Source: an uncultured Chloroflexia bacterium | GTDB taxonomy: Bacteria; Chloroflexota; Limnocylindria; Limnocylindrales; CSP1-4 | NCBI GenBank assembly: GCA_963749705.1 | Contig: CAVVNQ010000008.1 | Location: 128,001-192,000 of the forward strand | Direction: 5' to 3' | DNA: 64,000 nucleotides | Shown: in pieces, positions 37,334 to 46,554 of the stretch | Position numbering within the stretch: the first letter of the stretch is position 1 | How the letters are laid out: each line of letters starts with the position of its first letter | Notes under the pieces: model-generated | The model's input: only the letters and a program-made list of their open reading frames with translations | What the model was told of the DNA's origin: nothing | The model's database searches: none | Made by a program: the position numbers and the translations under genes

Positions 37334-37756
37334 GTGCCGCAATACGACGTGGAGCTGATCCTCGCCCGCCAGCTCGCGGGCGGGCTCGCCGTGCCGGTGC
37401 TGCTCGTCGATGGGCGCGGCGACACCGTGTTCTTCAACGAGCCGGCCGAGGTCCTGTTCGGGCGTCGCTTCGATGAGGTCGATGCCCTGCCCTTCGAGGA
37501 TCGGACCGCGCTGCTGGCGCCCCGCCTTCCCGACGGCCGAGCCCTGCCCGTCGACGAGCTGCCGGGGATGGTGGCGATGCGCGAGCGGCGGCCGGCCCAC
37601 GTCGCCTTCCACATGCATGGCCTCGATGGTGTCCTGCGGCCCGTGGAGGCGACGGCCATCCCGCTCGAGAGCGCCGGCGGCCACGTGCTCGGCGCGTTCG
37701 TCGTCCTCTGGTCCCAGGATCGAGGGCAGTCCGGCGCCACCGCCGACGCGGAATGA
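37334..37756 (+). CDS. Stand-alone PAS-domain protein
   Basis: PVLLVDGRGDTVFFNEPAEVLFG; C-terminal PAC-like strands ATAIPL...VLGAFVV; ATGA overlap with the next gene. Confidence 0.78.
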   Translation: MPQYDVELILARQLAGGLAVPVLLVDGRGDTVFFNEPAEVLFGRRFDEVDALPFEDRTALLAPRLPDGRALPVDELPGMVAMRERRPAHVAFHMHGLDGVLRPVEATAIPLESAGGHVLGAFVVLWSQDRGQSGATADAE

Positions 37757-38577
37757 GGGTCACCGTGTGGGGATCGCGCGGCTCGATCGCGAGCGCCGGC
37801 CCTGAGACGGCTCGATACGGCGGCAACACGGCATGCGTGACCGTCGAAACGGACGACGCCGTGTGCTTCCTCGACGCGGGTTCCGGTCTTCGGCGGGCCG
37901 GCGTCGCATTCGCAGATGATCCTCGCCCGATTCATCTGCTGCTGACGCACCTCCACATGGACCACATCCAGGGCCTGGGGTTCTTTCGACCGCTGTTCAC
38001 ATCCGGCCGCCCGATCGACATCTGGGGCCCGCCGTCGACCACGCAGGACCTCCGGTCCCGGCTCACGCGCTACCTGTCGCCGCCGCTGTTTCCCGTCCGC
38101 ATCCGCGACTTCTCTGCCCACGTCGAGCTCCACGATGCCCCCCTCGTGCCATGGGCGATCCGGGGCTACGAGATCCGGTCGGCGAGCGTGATCCATCCCG
38201 GTCCGACGCTCGGCTTCCGCGTCACGGCGAGCGGCCGTTCCGTCGCCTACCTGCCCGACCACGAGCCGGCCCTCGGCGGCGCGATCGAGCGTCCTGACTG
38301 GACCTCTGGCTACGAGCTCGCGGCGGGCGCCGACGTGCTGATCCATGACGGGCAGTACACGAGCGAGGAGTACCGCGAACGGGTCGGATGGGGCCACAGC
38401 AGCATCGAGCAGGCCGCGGCGTTCGCGGATCTGGCCGGGGCCGACCACCTCGTGCTGTTCCACCACGAGCCCAATCACGCCGATGCCGACATCGACCGGC
38501 TGCTCGCCGAGGCTGGCGGGCGACGCCGCCGGGGAACGGTTGATGCCGCCACCGAAGGGATGACCCTCGACCTGTGA
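37753..38577 (+). CDS. MBL-fold metallohydrolase (RNase Z/cyclic-nucleotide phosphodiesterase-like)
   Basis: WGSRGS, YGGNTAC, LDAGSG, THLHMDH, HPG, DHE, GWGHS, FHHEP. Confidence 0.88.
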   Translation: MRVTVWGSRGSIASAGPETARYGGNTACVTVETDDAVCFLDAGSGLRRAGVAFADDPRPIHLLLTHLHMDHIQGLGFFRPLFTSGRPIDIWGPPSTTQDLRSRLTRYLSPPLFPVRIRDFSAHVELHDAPLVPWAIRGYEIRSASVIHPGPTLGFRVTASGRSVAYLPDHEPALGGAIERPDWTSGYELAAGADVLIHDGQYTSEEYRERVGWGHSSIEQAAAFADLAGADHLVLFHHEPNHADADIDRLLAEAGGRRRRGTVDAATEGMTLDL

Positions 38578-38629
38578 CCACGGCCGCTCCATTTGGGCCC
38601 GGCCCGGCAACACGACCGCCCTGCGCCCG

Positions 38630-40235
38630 TCAGCGCAGCGCCTTGACGGCCTCGCGCTCGATCGCCAGCCCCGCGCGGTGGCGCGCGAAGAACCTCTCGA
38701 ACCCGGCGACATCACGCGGGTCGGGCATGAGCGGCCGGCCGATGCTCCCGGCGATCCGCTCGTCGAGGTAGTCGGGAAGCGCCTGGTCCGCATCCTCGCG
38801 GAGCATGTACCCGGCCAGCACGGCGATGCCCCAGGCACCGCCCTCGCCGGCGGTGGCCGGGATGCTGACCGGAACGTTGAGCGCGGCGGCCATCATGCGC
38901 TGCCCGGTGTCGCCGCCCTTGAAGAAGCCGCCATGGCCGCGGATCTCCTCGACGACCACTCCTTCCTGCTCGGTGAGGATGTCCATGCCCGTCCGCATCG
39001 CACACAGTGATGCGAAGCACTGGGCCCGGACGAAGTTCGCCAGGGTGAACCGGCTCTGCTGGTCGCGCGCAAACAGCGGGCGGCCCTCGGTGAACCCGGT
39101 CATGTGCTCGCCCGAGACGTAGTTGACGGCGAGCAGCCCGCCGGCGTCCGGATCCGCCTGCGTCGCCAGCGGGAGGAGCTTGCCGTACAGGTCAGCCGCC
39201 GTCGCCCCCACGCCGAGCGCCTCGGCCACCTCGCCGAACAGCGCGATCCAGGCATCGAGGTCCGAGGATCCGTTGTTCGAGTGGGCCATCGCCACCGGCC
39301 TGCCGTCGGGGGTGGCCACGATGTCGATCTCCGGGTGGACGCGGGCCAGGGGGCGGTCGAGGACGATCATCGCGAACACGGACGTGCCCGCCGAGACGTT
39401 CCCCGACCGCGGGCGAACGGCATTGGTCGCGACCATGCCGGTCCCGGCGTCACCCTCGGGCGGGCACAACGGGACGCCGGCGCGCGAGCCTGCCCGATGG
39501 GTCGAGCAGCCGCGCCCCCTCGGCCGTCAGCGTGCCGGCCGGTCGGCCGGCGACGCGCACGGCGGGCAGGATGTCCCGCAACGTCCAGCCCAGCCGGCGG
39601 GGCGCGATGAGGGCGTCGAACGTCGCCATCCGCTCGGCGTCCCAGTCGCCGCCGCTCGCGTCGATGGGGAACATGCCCGAGGCCTCGCCCGCGCCGACGA
39701 TCCGTTCGCCGGTGAGCTTCCAGTGGACGTAGCCGGCGAGCGTCGTGAGGTGGGCGATCCGGGGCACGTGCGCCTGCTCGTCCAGGATCGACTGGTACAG
39801 GTGGGCGATCGTGAACCGCTGTGGCACGGCGAACGCGAGCAGCGGCGTCAGCTCGGCGCACGCCACGCCGGTGATGTTGTTGCGCCAGGTGCGGAACGGC
39901 GCGAGCAGGCTGCCATCCGCGTCGAGCGCGAGGTAGCCGTGCATCATCCCGCTGACGCCCATCGCGGCGACGGTCTCGAGCTCCACCGAGTAGCGGGCAC
40001 GCACGTCATCGACGAGCGACGCGTAGCAATCGGCGAGGCCCGCCCAGACATCGTCCAGGTCATAGGTCCAGATCCCGTCGCGGAGCAGGTTCTCCCAGGC
40101 GTGCGATCCGGAGGCCAGGGGCGTGGTGTCGGGCGCGATCAGCGACGCCTTGATCCGGGTCGAGCCGAGCTCGATGCCCAGGATGGCCTGGCCCGATCCG
40201 ATGATGTCTGCGCTCGATGGGCGACCGTCGGTCAC
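38630..40235 (-). CDS. araB: FGGY-family pentulokinase (L-ribulokinase by context); frameshift ~39485
   Basis: [23 protein letters not shown]; second frame [30 protein letters not shown]; follows araA-araD. Confidence 0.82.
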
Positions 40236-40948
40236 CGCGGGCGCTCCTCGGCCGCTTGGCCGTAATAGGACCCCGGCCCGTGCTTGCGGTTGAAGTGCCG
40301 CTCCAGGAGACCCGGATCGATGGCGGCGGCGGCCTCCAGAGACAGCGTCTGCGCGGCCATCGCCGCGACGGCCTCGAGCGCGATCGCATTGGCCACCGCC
40401 GAGGATGCGTCGGAGCCCCAGGTGAAGGGTCCGTGCGATCGGACCAGGACCGCAGGCATCTCGAGCGGGTCGAGCCCCAGCGCGTCGAGCGTCTCGATGA
40501 TCACGCGACCGGTGTCCGCCTCGTAGTCCGGGCCGAGCTCGGCAGGGGTGAGGGCCCTGGTCACGGGCACCGTCCCGTGGAAGTGGTCGGCGTGTGTGGT
40601 GCCGAAGCACGGGATCGCGCGTCCCGCCTGGGCCCACGACGATGCCCACGACGAGTGGGTATGCACCACGCCACCGATCTGCGGGTAGCGCCGGTACAGC
40701 GCAAGGTGGGTCGGGGTGTCGGACGAGGGCCGATAGGCACCCGACTCGGCCTCACCTGACTCGACATCGACCGCGACGAGGTCTGCCGGTCGGAGGCGGT
40801 CATAGGGCACACCGCTGGGCTTGATGACCATGACGCCCGACGCGCGATCGATCCCGCTGGCATTGCCGAACGAGAGCGTCACCAGCCCCGCCGCGACCAG
40901 CGCGGTGTTCGCCGCGCAGACCTGCTCCCTGAGATCGTCCAGGCTCAT
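40232..40948 (-). CDS. araD: L-ribulose-5-phosphate 4-epimerase
   Basis: [49 protein letters not shown]. Confidence 0.94.
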   Translation of the reverse strand: MSLDDLREQVCAANTALVAAGLVTLSFGNASGIDRASGVMVIKPSGVPYDRLRPADLVAVDVESGEAESGAYRPSSDTPTHLALYRRYPQIGGVVHTHSSWASSWAQAGRAIPCFGTTHADHFHGTVPVTRALTPAELGPDYEADTGRVIIETLDALGLDPLEMPAVLVRSHGPFTWGSDASSAVANAIALEAVAAMAAQTLSLEAAAAIDPGLLERHFNRKHGPGSYYGQAAEERPR

Positions 40949-40959
40949 GGGGTTCAACC

Positions 40960-42466
40960 TTAGCGCGGGTGACCGGGCGCGTAGGACGTGTCGTTCCAGC
41001 GGAGCTCCTTGCGGATGTCGGAGGTCGTCGTCCCGCCACCGATCGCGATCAGCTCGATGCCCGCCATCTCGGCGAAGTCCTCGATGTGCGCCCGGGTCAG
41101 CGCGCTGCTCAGGCTCGTGTGGTGCGGACCGCCCGAGAGGATCCAGGTCTCGGCCGCGACCCTGAGGCTCGGCCGGGGCTCCCACAGCGCGCGCGCGACC
41201 GGCAGCCGCGGCAGGTCCTCGGGCGGCCGGACGACATCGATCTCGTTGAGGACCAGGCGGAACCGGTCGCCGAGATCGAGCAGGCCCGTCACGACCGCCG
41301 GTCCGGGGCTGGCCGTGAACACGAGGCGCACCGGGTCGGCGCGATTGCCGATCGCAAGCGGATGGATCTCGCACGTCGGGGTTCCGTCCGCGATCGATGG
41401 GCACACCTCGAGCATGTGGGCTCCCAGGACCTGCGGCCGGTCGGGCACGAGATGGTAGGTGTAGTCCTCCATGAACGAGGTCCCGCCGGGCAGCCCGGTC
41501 GCCATGACCTTCATCGCCCGGACGAGCAGCGCCGTCTTCCAGTCGCCCTCGGCACCGAAGCCGTAGCCGTCGGCCATCAGGCGCTGAACGGCGATCCCGG
41601 GCAGCTGGACCAGGTCCCCAAGGTCCTCGAACGTGTCCGTGAAGGCCCCGAAGCCACCTGTGGTGAGGAACGTCCGGAGGCCAACCTCGATCCGCGCCGC
41701 CTCTCGCAGCGCCGGCCGTCGCTCGCCATCCGGTCGGAGGGGCGGCGCGATGTCGTAGCTGGCGTCGTACGCGTCCAGCGACCCGGTCCACTTCGGCATC
41801 GGACGCCGCGTGCACGGCGGCGACGAGGTCCCCCACGCCGTAGCCGTCGACCCTGGCGCCGAGGCGGATCTGCGCCTCGACCTTGTCTCCCTCGGTGACG
41901 GCGACCTGGCGCATGTTGTCGCCGAACCGGGCGAGCCTGAGCCGCTGGAGCTCGTGGACGCCGCATGCGGCCCGCGTCCAGGCGCCGATCCGGTCGACCA
42001 CCTCGGGGTCACGCCAGTGGCCGACGACGACGGTCCGGGGGCGGCGCAGCCGGCTCTCGATGTAACCGAACTCGCGGTCGCCATGCGCGGACTGGTTGAG
42101 GTTCATGAAATCCATGTCGATCTCCCCCCAGGGGAGGTCGCGATTGTGCTGCGTGTGCAGGTGCAGCAGCGGCTTCCGCAGCCCGAGCAGGCCGGGGATC
42201 CACATCCGGGCCGGCGAGAAGGTGTGCATCCAGGCGATGACGCCGATGCACGCGTCCGCGGCGGTCGCCTCGAGCAGGACGCGACGGATGGCGTCCGAGG
42301 TCGTCACGACGGGCCGGCTCACGACCCTGACCGGGATGGCCTCCGAATCGTCGAGCGCGCGGGCGATCTCCGACGCATGGTCGGCGACCCGTCGCAGCAC
42401 GTCGTCCCCGTACAGGGCCTGGCTGCCGGTGACGAACCAGACCTCCCGGTCTGCCATTGCCTTCAT
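40960..42466 (-). CDS. araA: L-arabinose isomerase; frameshift ~41780
   Basis: [37 protein letters not shown]; second frame [27 protein letters not shown]. Confidence 0.93.
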
Positions 42467-42635
42467 GCCGGCTCCCTCGCCTCCTCGCCATCGACGTCCG
42501 TCCCCGGCCGCCCCTTGGCCGTCGTGCCATCCGTCTCCGCATCCGAGCGCCGCCAGACCGGGAGCGTACAGGAGGTCCCCAACTCGCTGACGGGTGGCGA
42601 GGCTGCGCTGCGGCGGGCGGCGTCCTCCATGCCGC

Positions 42636-43553
42636 CTACGCCCTGGGCCGCACCGTGCCCGACGCGTCCATCGACACTGCCGTCCCGGTGACCCGGATCC
42701 CGCCGTCGGCATCCGGCACCTCGACCTCGATCAGGCCGGGTCGGCCCATCTCGACGCCCTGGCGGATCGTGAACCGGGCGGGCGGCACGAGCTCGCCCCG
42801 CCAGCGCAGGTACGCTCCGAACGCCGCGGCGGCCGCGCCGGTCGCGGGATCCTCCACGACGTTGCCGACCGGGAACGGGTCGCGTGCCCGGAAGCGGTCG
42901 ACGGCCTCGCGCCAGACCAGCTGCAACGTGGTCAGGTCGGCGGCGATCATGATCGACCGGACCCGGTCGAAGTCGTAGGCGAGCGTGCGCAGCGTGTCGT
43001 ATGAGGCAACGGCGAGGACCAGGTGGGATGCGCCTGCATAGGCCACCGCCGGCGGCAGCGCCGGGTCGAGCTGCTCGCTCGTCCAGCCCACCGCCGCCAG
43101 CACCGCAGCCACCAGGCCCGGCTCCGCGACGCGCACCCGCGGACGGACCGACGTGAGGGTCGCCCGCAGGTGGCCATCCGATCCTTGCCGAGTGTCGACC
43201 GTCACGAGGCCGTCATTGGTCTCGAACAGCAACCGACCGGGGCCGGAACGCTCGGCCAGCGCCACCCCGGCAGCGATCGTCGCGTGGCCACAGAACGGAA
43301 CCTCGGCGGCGGGGCTGAAGTAGCGGACACGGAGTGCGTTCGGCCTGCCCGTCCCGTCGGGCGCGAGGAAGGCCGTCTCCGAGTACCCGACCTCGACCGC
43401 GATCCGCTGCATCTCGGCCGGTGGCGGCAGCTCCGGCCCGATCCACACGCCGGCCGGGTTGCCGCCGGCAGGGTCGAGCGCGAACGCAGCGAGGCGAAGA
43501 AGCTCGGGTTCGCCGGACGTCAGCTCAGATTCGAGGGAGGGTTTCTCAACCAT
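42636..43553 (-). CDS. PhzF-family isomerase
   Basis: [37 protein letters not shown]. Confidence 0.9.
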   Translation of the reverse strand: MVEKPSLESELTSGEPELLRLAAFALDPAGGNPAGVWIGPELPPPAEMQRIAVEVGYSETAFLAPDGTGRPNALRVRYFSPAAEVPFCGHATIAAGVALAERSGPGRLLFETNDGLVTVDTRQGSDGHLRATLTSVRPRVRVAEPGLVAAVLAAVGWTSEQLDPALPPAVAYAGASHLVLAVASYDTLRTLAYDFDRVRSIMIAADLTTLQLVWREAVDRFRARDPFPVGNVVEDPATGAAAAAFGAYLRWRGELVPPARFTIRQGVEMGRPGLIEVEVPDADGGIRVTGTAVSMDASGTVRPRA

Positions 43554-43759
43554 GGGGGATCGCGCGCAGCGTACGTGATCGACGTGCCGCCCGCGCCCTC
43601 CGCGGCGCGATGGGCGGCCGGGTCCGCGGCCTTCGCCGTCGGGACCAAGGGCGCATCCGTAGGCGACGCTCGACCCTTTGCGTCGCATCGAGCCATTCCA
43701 AAATTGACCCCGCCGGCGCCCGGATCCCCTGGCGCGCCGTTGCCCATGGGAGTTGGAAC

Positions 43760-43984
43760 ATGTCTGAACGCCGATTGGCACGACGAAGCGGCGTCGGCAC
43801 CGTCGTCATCGCGCTGATCCTGATCTTCGTCGGCGGCTACTACGTGCTCCGCAACACGCTCGGCATCGATCTCCCCGAGCTCGATTCCGACCAGGTGGTC
43901 CCGCTGATTGCCGTCATCTTCGGCCTCGCGCTCCTGTACCGGGCGTGGCAGGAGAATGACGCCCGGGACGTCCGCATCCGCTGA
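43760..43984 (+). CDS. Small two-TM protein (LiaI/DUF5668-like)
   Basis: SD GGGAG; ALILIFVGGYYVLRN...PLIAVIFGLALLYRAW. Confidence 0.7.
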   Translation: MSERRLARRSGVGTVVIALILIFVGGYYVLRNTLGIDLPELDSDQVVPLIAVIFGLALLYRAWQENDARDVRIR

Positions 43985-44010
43985 TCGACGCCGGCGATAC
44001 GCTGGCGCCG

Positions 44011-44469
44011 ATGCCCGAGACCAACCCTCACTTCGAGACCGCGTCGTCCTGGGAGGCGGCGCGCGCCCTGGTTGCGTTCCGGCCGGTCCGGCCGCGGGAC
44101 ACTGCCGGGTTCCGGCTGCAGTCGCTGCGGGTCCACGTGATGGATCACCGTCGCCGCCGGCTGCCCGTCGAGGCGCGCAGCCTCGAGGCGCACTACGGCG
44201 GCTTCGTCCTGAGCGAGGCGATGCATGGGCCGGACGAGGCGCGACGGCTGGTGCTCGAGGTGTCCTATGGCCGCGATGGGCGCGCCCAGGAGATCAACGG
44301 CCACGAGGGTCGCGTGTATGAGCTCGGCCCCGAGCCGGAGCCCGACGACATCGACGGCCGCCCGCCCGCCGTGGTCGTGTGGCACGACGATGGGATGCTG
44401 TACCTGGTCGCGAGCGACACGCTCCCAGTAGACCGGCTGCTCGTGATCGCCAGGTCGCTGGATCCCTGA
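44011..44469 (+). CDS. Hypothetical protein (DUF4367-like fold by eye)
   Basis: INGHEG...VVWHDDGMLYLVASDTL...LLVIARSL; -10 TACGCT upstream. Confidence 0.65.
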   Translation: MPETNPHFETASSWEAARALVAFRPVRPRDTAGFRLQSLRVHVMDHRRRRLPVEARSLEAHYGGFVLSEAMHGPDEARRLVLEVSYGRDGRAQEINGHEGRVYELGPEPEPDDIDGRPPAVVVWHDDGMLYLVASDTLPVDRLLVIARSLDP

Positions 44470-44609
44470 CGGAGCTGAGATTCGGGCGCCTGTGACGGCC
44501 GCGGCGGCCTGACGCGGCGCCGTCCTCCTGACGCGCCGCCGTCCTGTCGCTATGGTTCGGTGCCACCCGAGTGCACGCTCGGGCGTCCCCATCCGCACTC
44601 GAGGTGCCC

Positions 44610-45029
44610 ATGGCCTGGCAACCCCCGTCCGTCGGGTCGCGCGCGACGTGGACCCGTACCCTGACGGCCGATGACGTGGAGGCCTTCGCCCGCCTGTCGG
44701 GTGATCGGAACCCGCTCCACTTCGATGCCGAGTTCGCGTCGCGGACGCGCGCCGGACGGCTGGTCGTCCAGGGCGGGCTGACCACCGGGCTGTTCAACGC
44801 GCTGGTGGCGATGAAGCTGCCTGGACCGGGCAGCGTGTTCCTCCACCAGGAGTGGGACTATCCCGCCCCGGTGTTCATCGGCGACACCGTCACCGCGGAG
44901 GCCGAGGTGGTCGAGGCGCGCGCGGACAAGCCGATCACCCGCCTGCGCTGCGTCGCCCGTCGCTCCGACGGGACCGAGGTCCTTCGCGGGACCTGCCTCG
45001 TGTACACGATGCTGCCCGACGCGACCTGA
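44610..45029 (+). CDS. MaoC-family (R)-hydratase/dehydratase
   Basis: DVEAFARLSGDRNPLHFD, LPGPG, PVFIGDTV. Confidence 0.9.
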   Translation: MAWQPPSVGSRATWTRTLTADDVEAFARLSGDRNPLHFDAEFASRTRAGRLVVQGGLTTGLFNALVAMKLPGPGSVFLHQEWDYPAPVFIGDTVTAEAEVVEARADKPITRLRCVARRSDGTEVLRGTCLVYTMLPDAT

Positions 45030-45055
45030 CCGTGGGCAATTCCTCCCCGGCGCCC

Positions 45056-46285
45056 ATGACACCGGAGGCCGCCGGACGCTGGCGGCTGCTGGCCGTGCTG
45101 TCCGTCGGCGAGCTGCTGGCGATGTCGCCGTGGTTCAGCGCCTCGGCGGTCGCCCCGCTCATCACCCCGGCGCTGTCGCTCCACGGCCTCGACCTGCCGC
45201 TGCTCACGATCGCGGTCCAGCTGGGGTTCGTCGTCGGCGCACTGGCGCTGGCGGTGACCGGCGCGCCCGACGTCCTGCCCGCTCGGTGGCTGTTCCTCGC
45301 CGGAGCACTTGGCGCCGCTGTCGCGAACCTTGGCTTCGCCTACGCGTCGGCCGACCTCGGCACGGCGCTCGCGTTCCGCTTCGTGACCGGGCTGGCGATG
45401 GCCGGGGTGTACCCGGTGGGCATGAAGATCGTGGCCGGCTGGTTCCGGCGGGAGCGTGGGCTCGCGATCGGCATCCTGGTGGGCGCCCTGACCGTGGGGT
45501 CGTCCCTGCCCTACCTGTTCCGGTCGATCGGCGCCCTGTCGGGGCTCGACTGGCAGGCGATCGTGGCGAGCGCGAGCGTCGCCGGGATCGTGGGCGGCGT
45601 GCTCGTGGGACGCACCGTCGAGCGCGGGCCGTTCGATGTCCCGGCGCCCCGGTTCAGCGTCGAGGTCGCCCGGCGGGCCTTCGCGGAGCCGTCGGTGCGG
45701 CTCGCCAACCTCGGCTACCTGGGCCACATGTGGGAGCTGTACGCGATGTGGACCTGGATCCCGCTGTTCTTCGCCGCGAGCTTCACGGCGGCGGGGCTGG
45801 CGGATCCGGCGGCGTCGAGCCTGGCGGCGTTCGTGGTCGTCGCGGCGGGCGGCGTGGGCTGCGCCCTCGCCGGGCGTGCCGCGGACCGCGTCGGCCGGAC
45901 GACGCTCACGATCGCCGCGATGGCGATCAGCGGCTCGAGCGCGATCGCGATCGGGTTCCTGTTCGGGGCGTCGCCGTGGCTCACCCTGGTCGTCGGGCTG
46001 GTGTGGGGCGTCAGCGTGGTCGCGGACTCGGCGCAGTTCTCGGCCGCCGTCACCGAGCTGGGGCCGCCGGGCACCGCAGGCTCGGCGCTAGCCCTCCAGA
46101 CCGCGGCCGGGTTCCTGCTGACGGGGGTCACGATCCTGCTGGTCGGGGTGCTTAGCGAGGCGGACGCGTTGGGCTGGCGGCTGGTGTTCGCGCTGCTGGC
46201 GGTCGGTCCCCTGGTGGGGATCGTCGCGATGTGGCGACTCCGGGGCCGCCCCGAAGCGGCGCGGATGGCCGGCGGCAACCGCTGA
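45056..46285 (+). CDS. MFS transporter
   Basis: About 12 TM; WFSASAV, GVYPVGMK, GHMWELYAMW, ADRVGR, ADSAQFS. Confidence 0.9.
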   Translation: MTPEAAGRWRLLAVLSVGELLAMSPWFSASAVAPLITPALSLHGLDLPLLTIAVQLGFVVGALALAVTGAPDVLPARWLFLAGALGAAVANLGFAYASADLGTALAFRFVTGLAMAGVYPVGMKIVAGWFRRERGLAIGILVGALTVGSSLPYLFRSIGALSGLDWQAIVASASVAGIVGGVLVGRTVERGPFDVPAPRFSVEVARRAFAEPSVRLANLGYLGHMWELYAMWTWIPLFFAASFTAAGLADPAASSLAAFVVVAAGGVGCALAGRAADRVGRTTLTIAAMAISGSSAIAIGFLFGASPWLTLVVGLVWGVSVVADSAQFSAAVTELGPPGTAGSALALQTAAGFLLTGVTILLVGVLSEADALGWRLVFALLAVGPLVGIVAMWRLRGRPEAARMAGGNR

Positions 46286-46314
46286 ACCGGCGCCGGCATC
46301 AACCCGCCGGGCGG

Positions 46315-46554
46315 TCAGATCGCCCTCGAGATGAGGATCGCCACGGCGAGCACGGCCCCGACCGCGGCGACCGCCGCCACGACCCGCAGCAACGGATCGA
46401 CCCACCATCGCGGCGGATCGGTCGCGCGGAATGACCGCGCCTCGGGCTCGACGCCGGTCGCGCGCCGGAGCCACGCAGCCCCGACGACGCTGCCGAGCAC
46501 GGCCGCAGCCAGCACGAGCACCGGACCCGGCAGATCCCGGAGCGCGTCCATCAC
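46315..46554 (-). CDS. Small two-TM hypothetical protein
   Basis: Start overlaps the stop of the upstream oxidase; two hydrophobic helices. Confidence 0.55.
   Translation of the reverse strand: MMDALRDLPGPVLVLAAAVLGSVVGAAWLRRATGVEPEARSFRATDPPRWWVDPLLRVVAAVAAVGAVLAVAILISRAI

Noticed and set aside
44490-44550. Short direct repeat CCTGACGCG(G/C)CGCCGTCCT x2 upstream of maoC
   Set aside because: Two short GC-rich copies only; not enough to call an operator.
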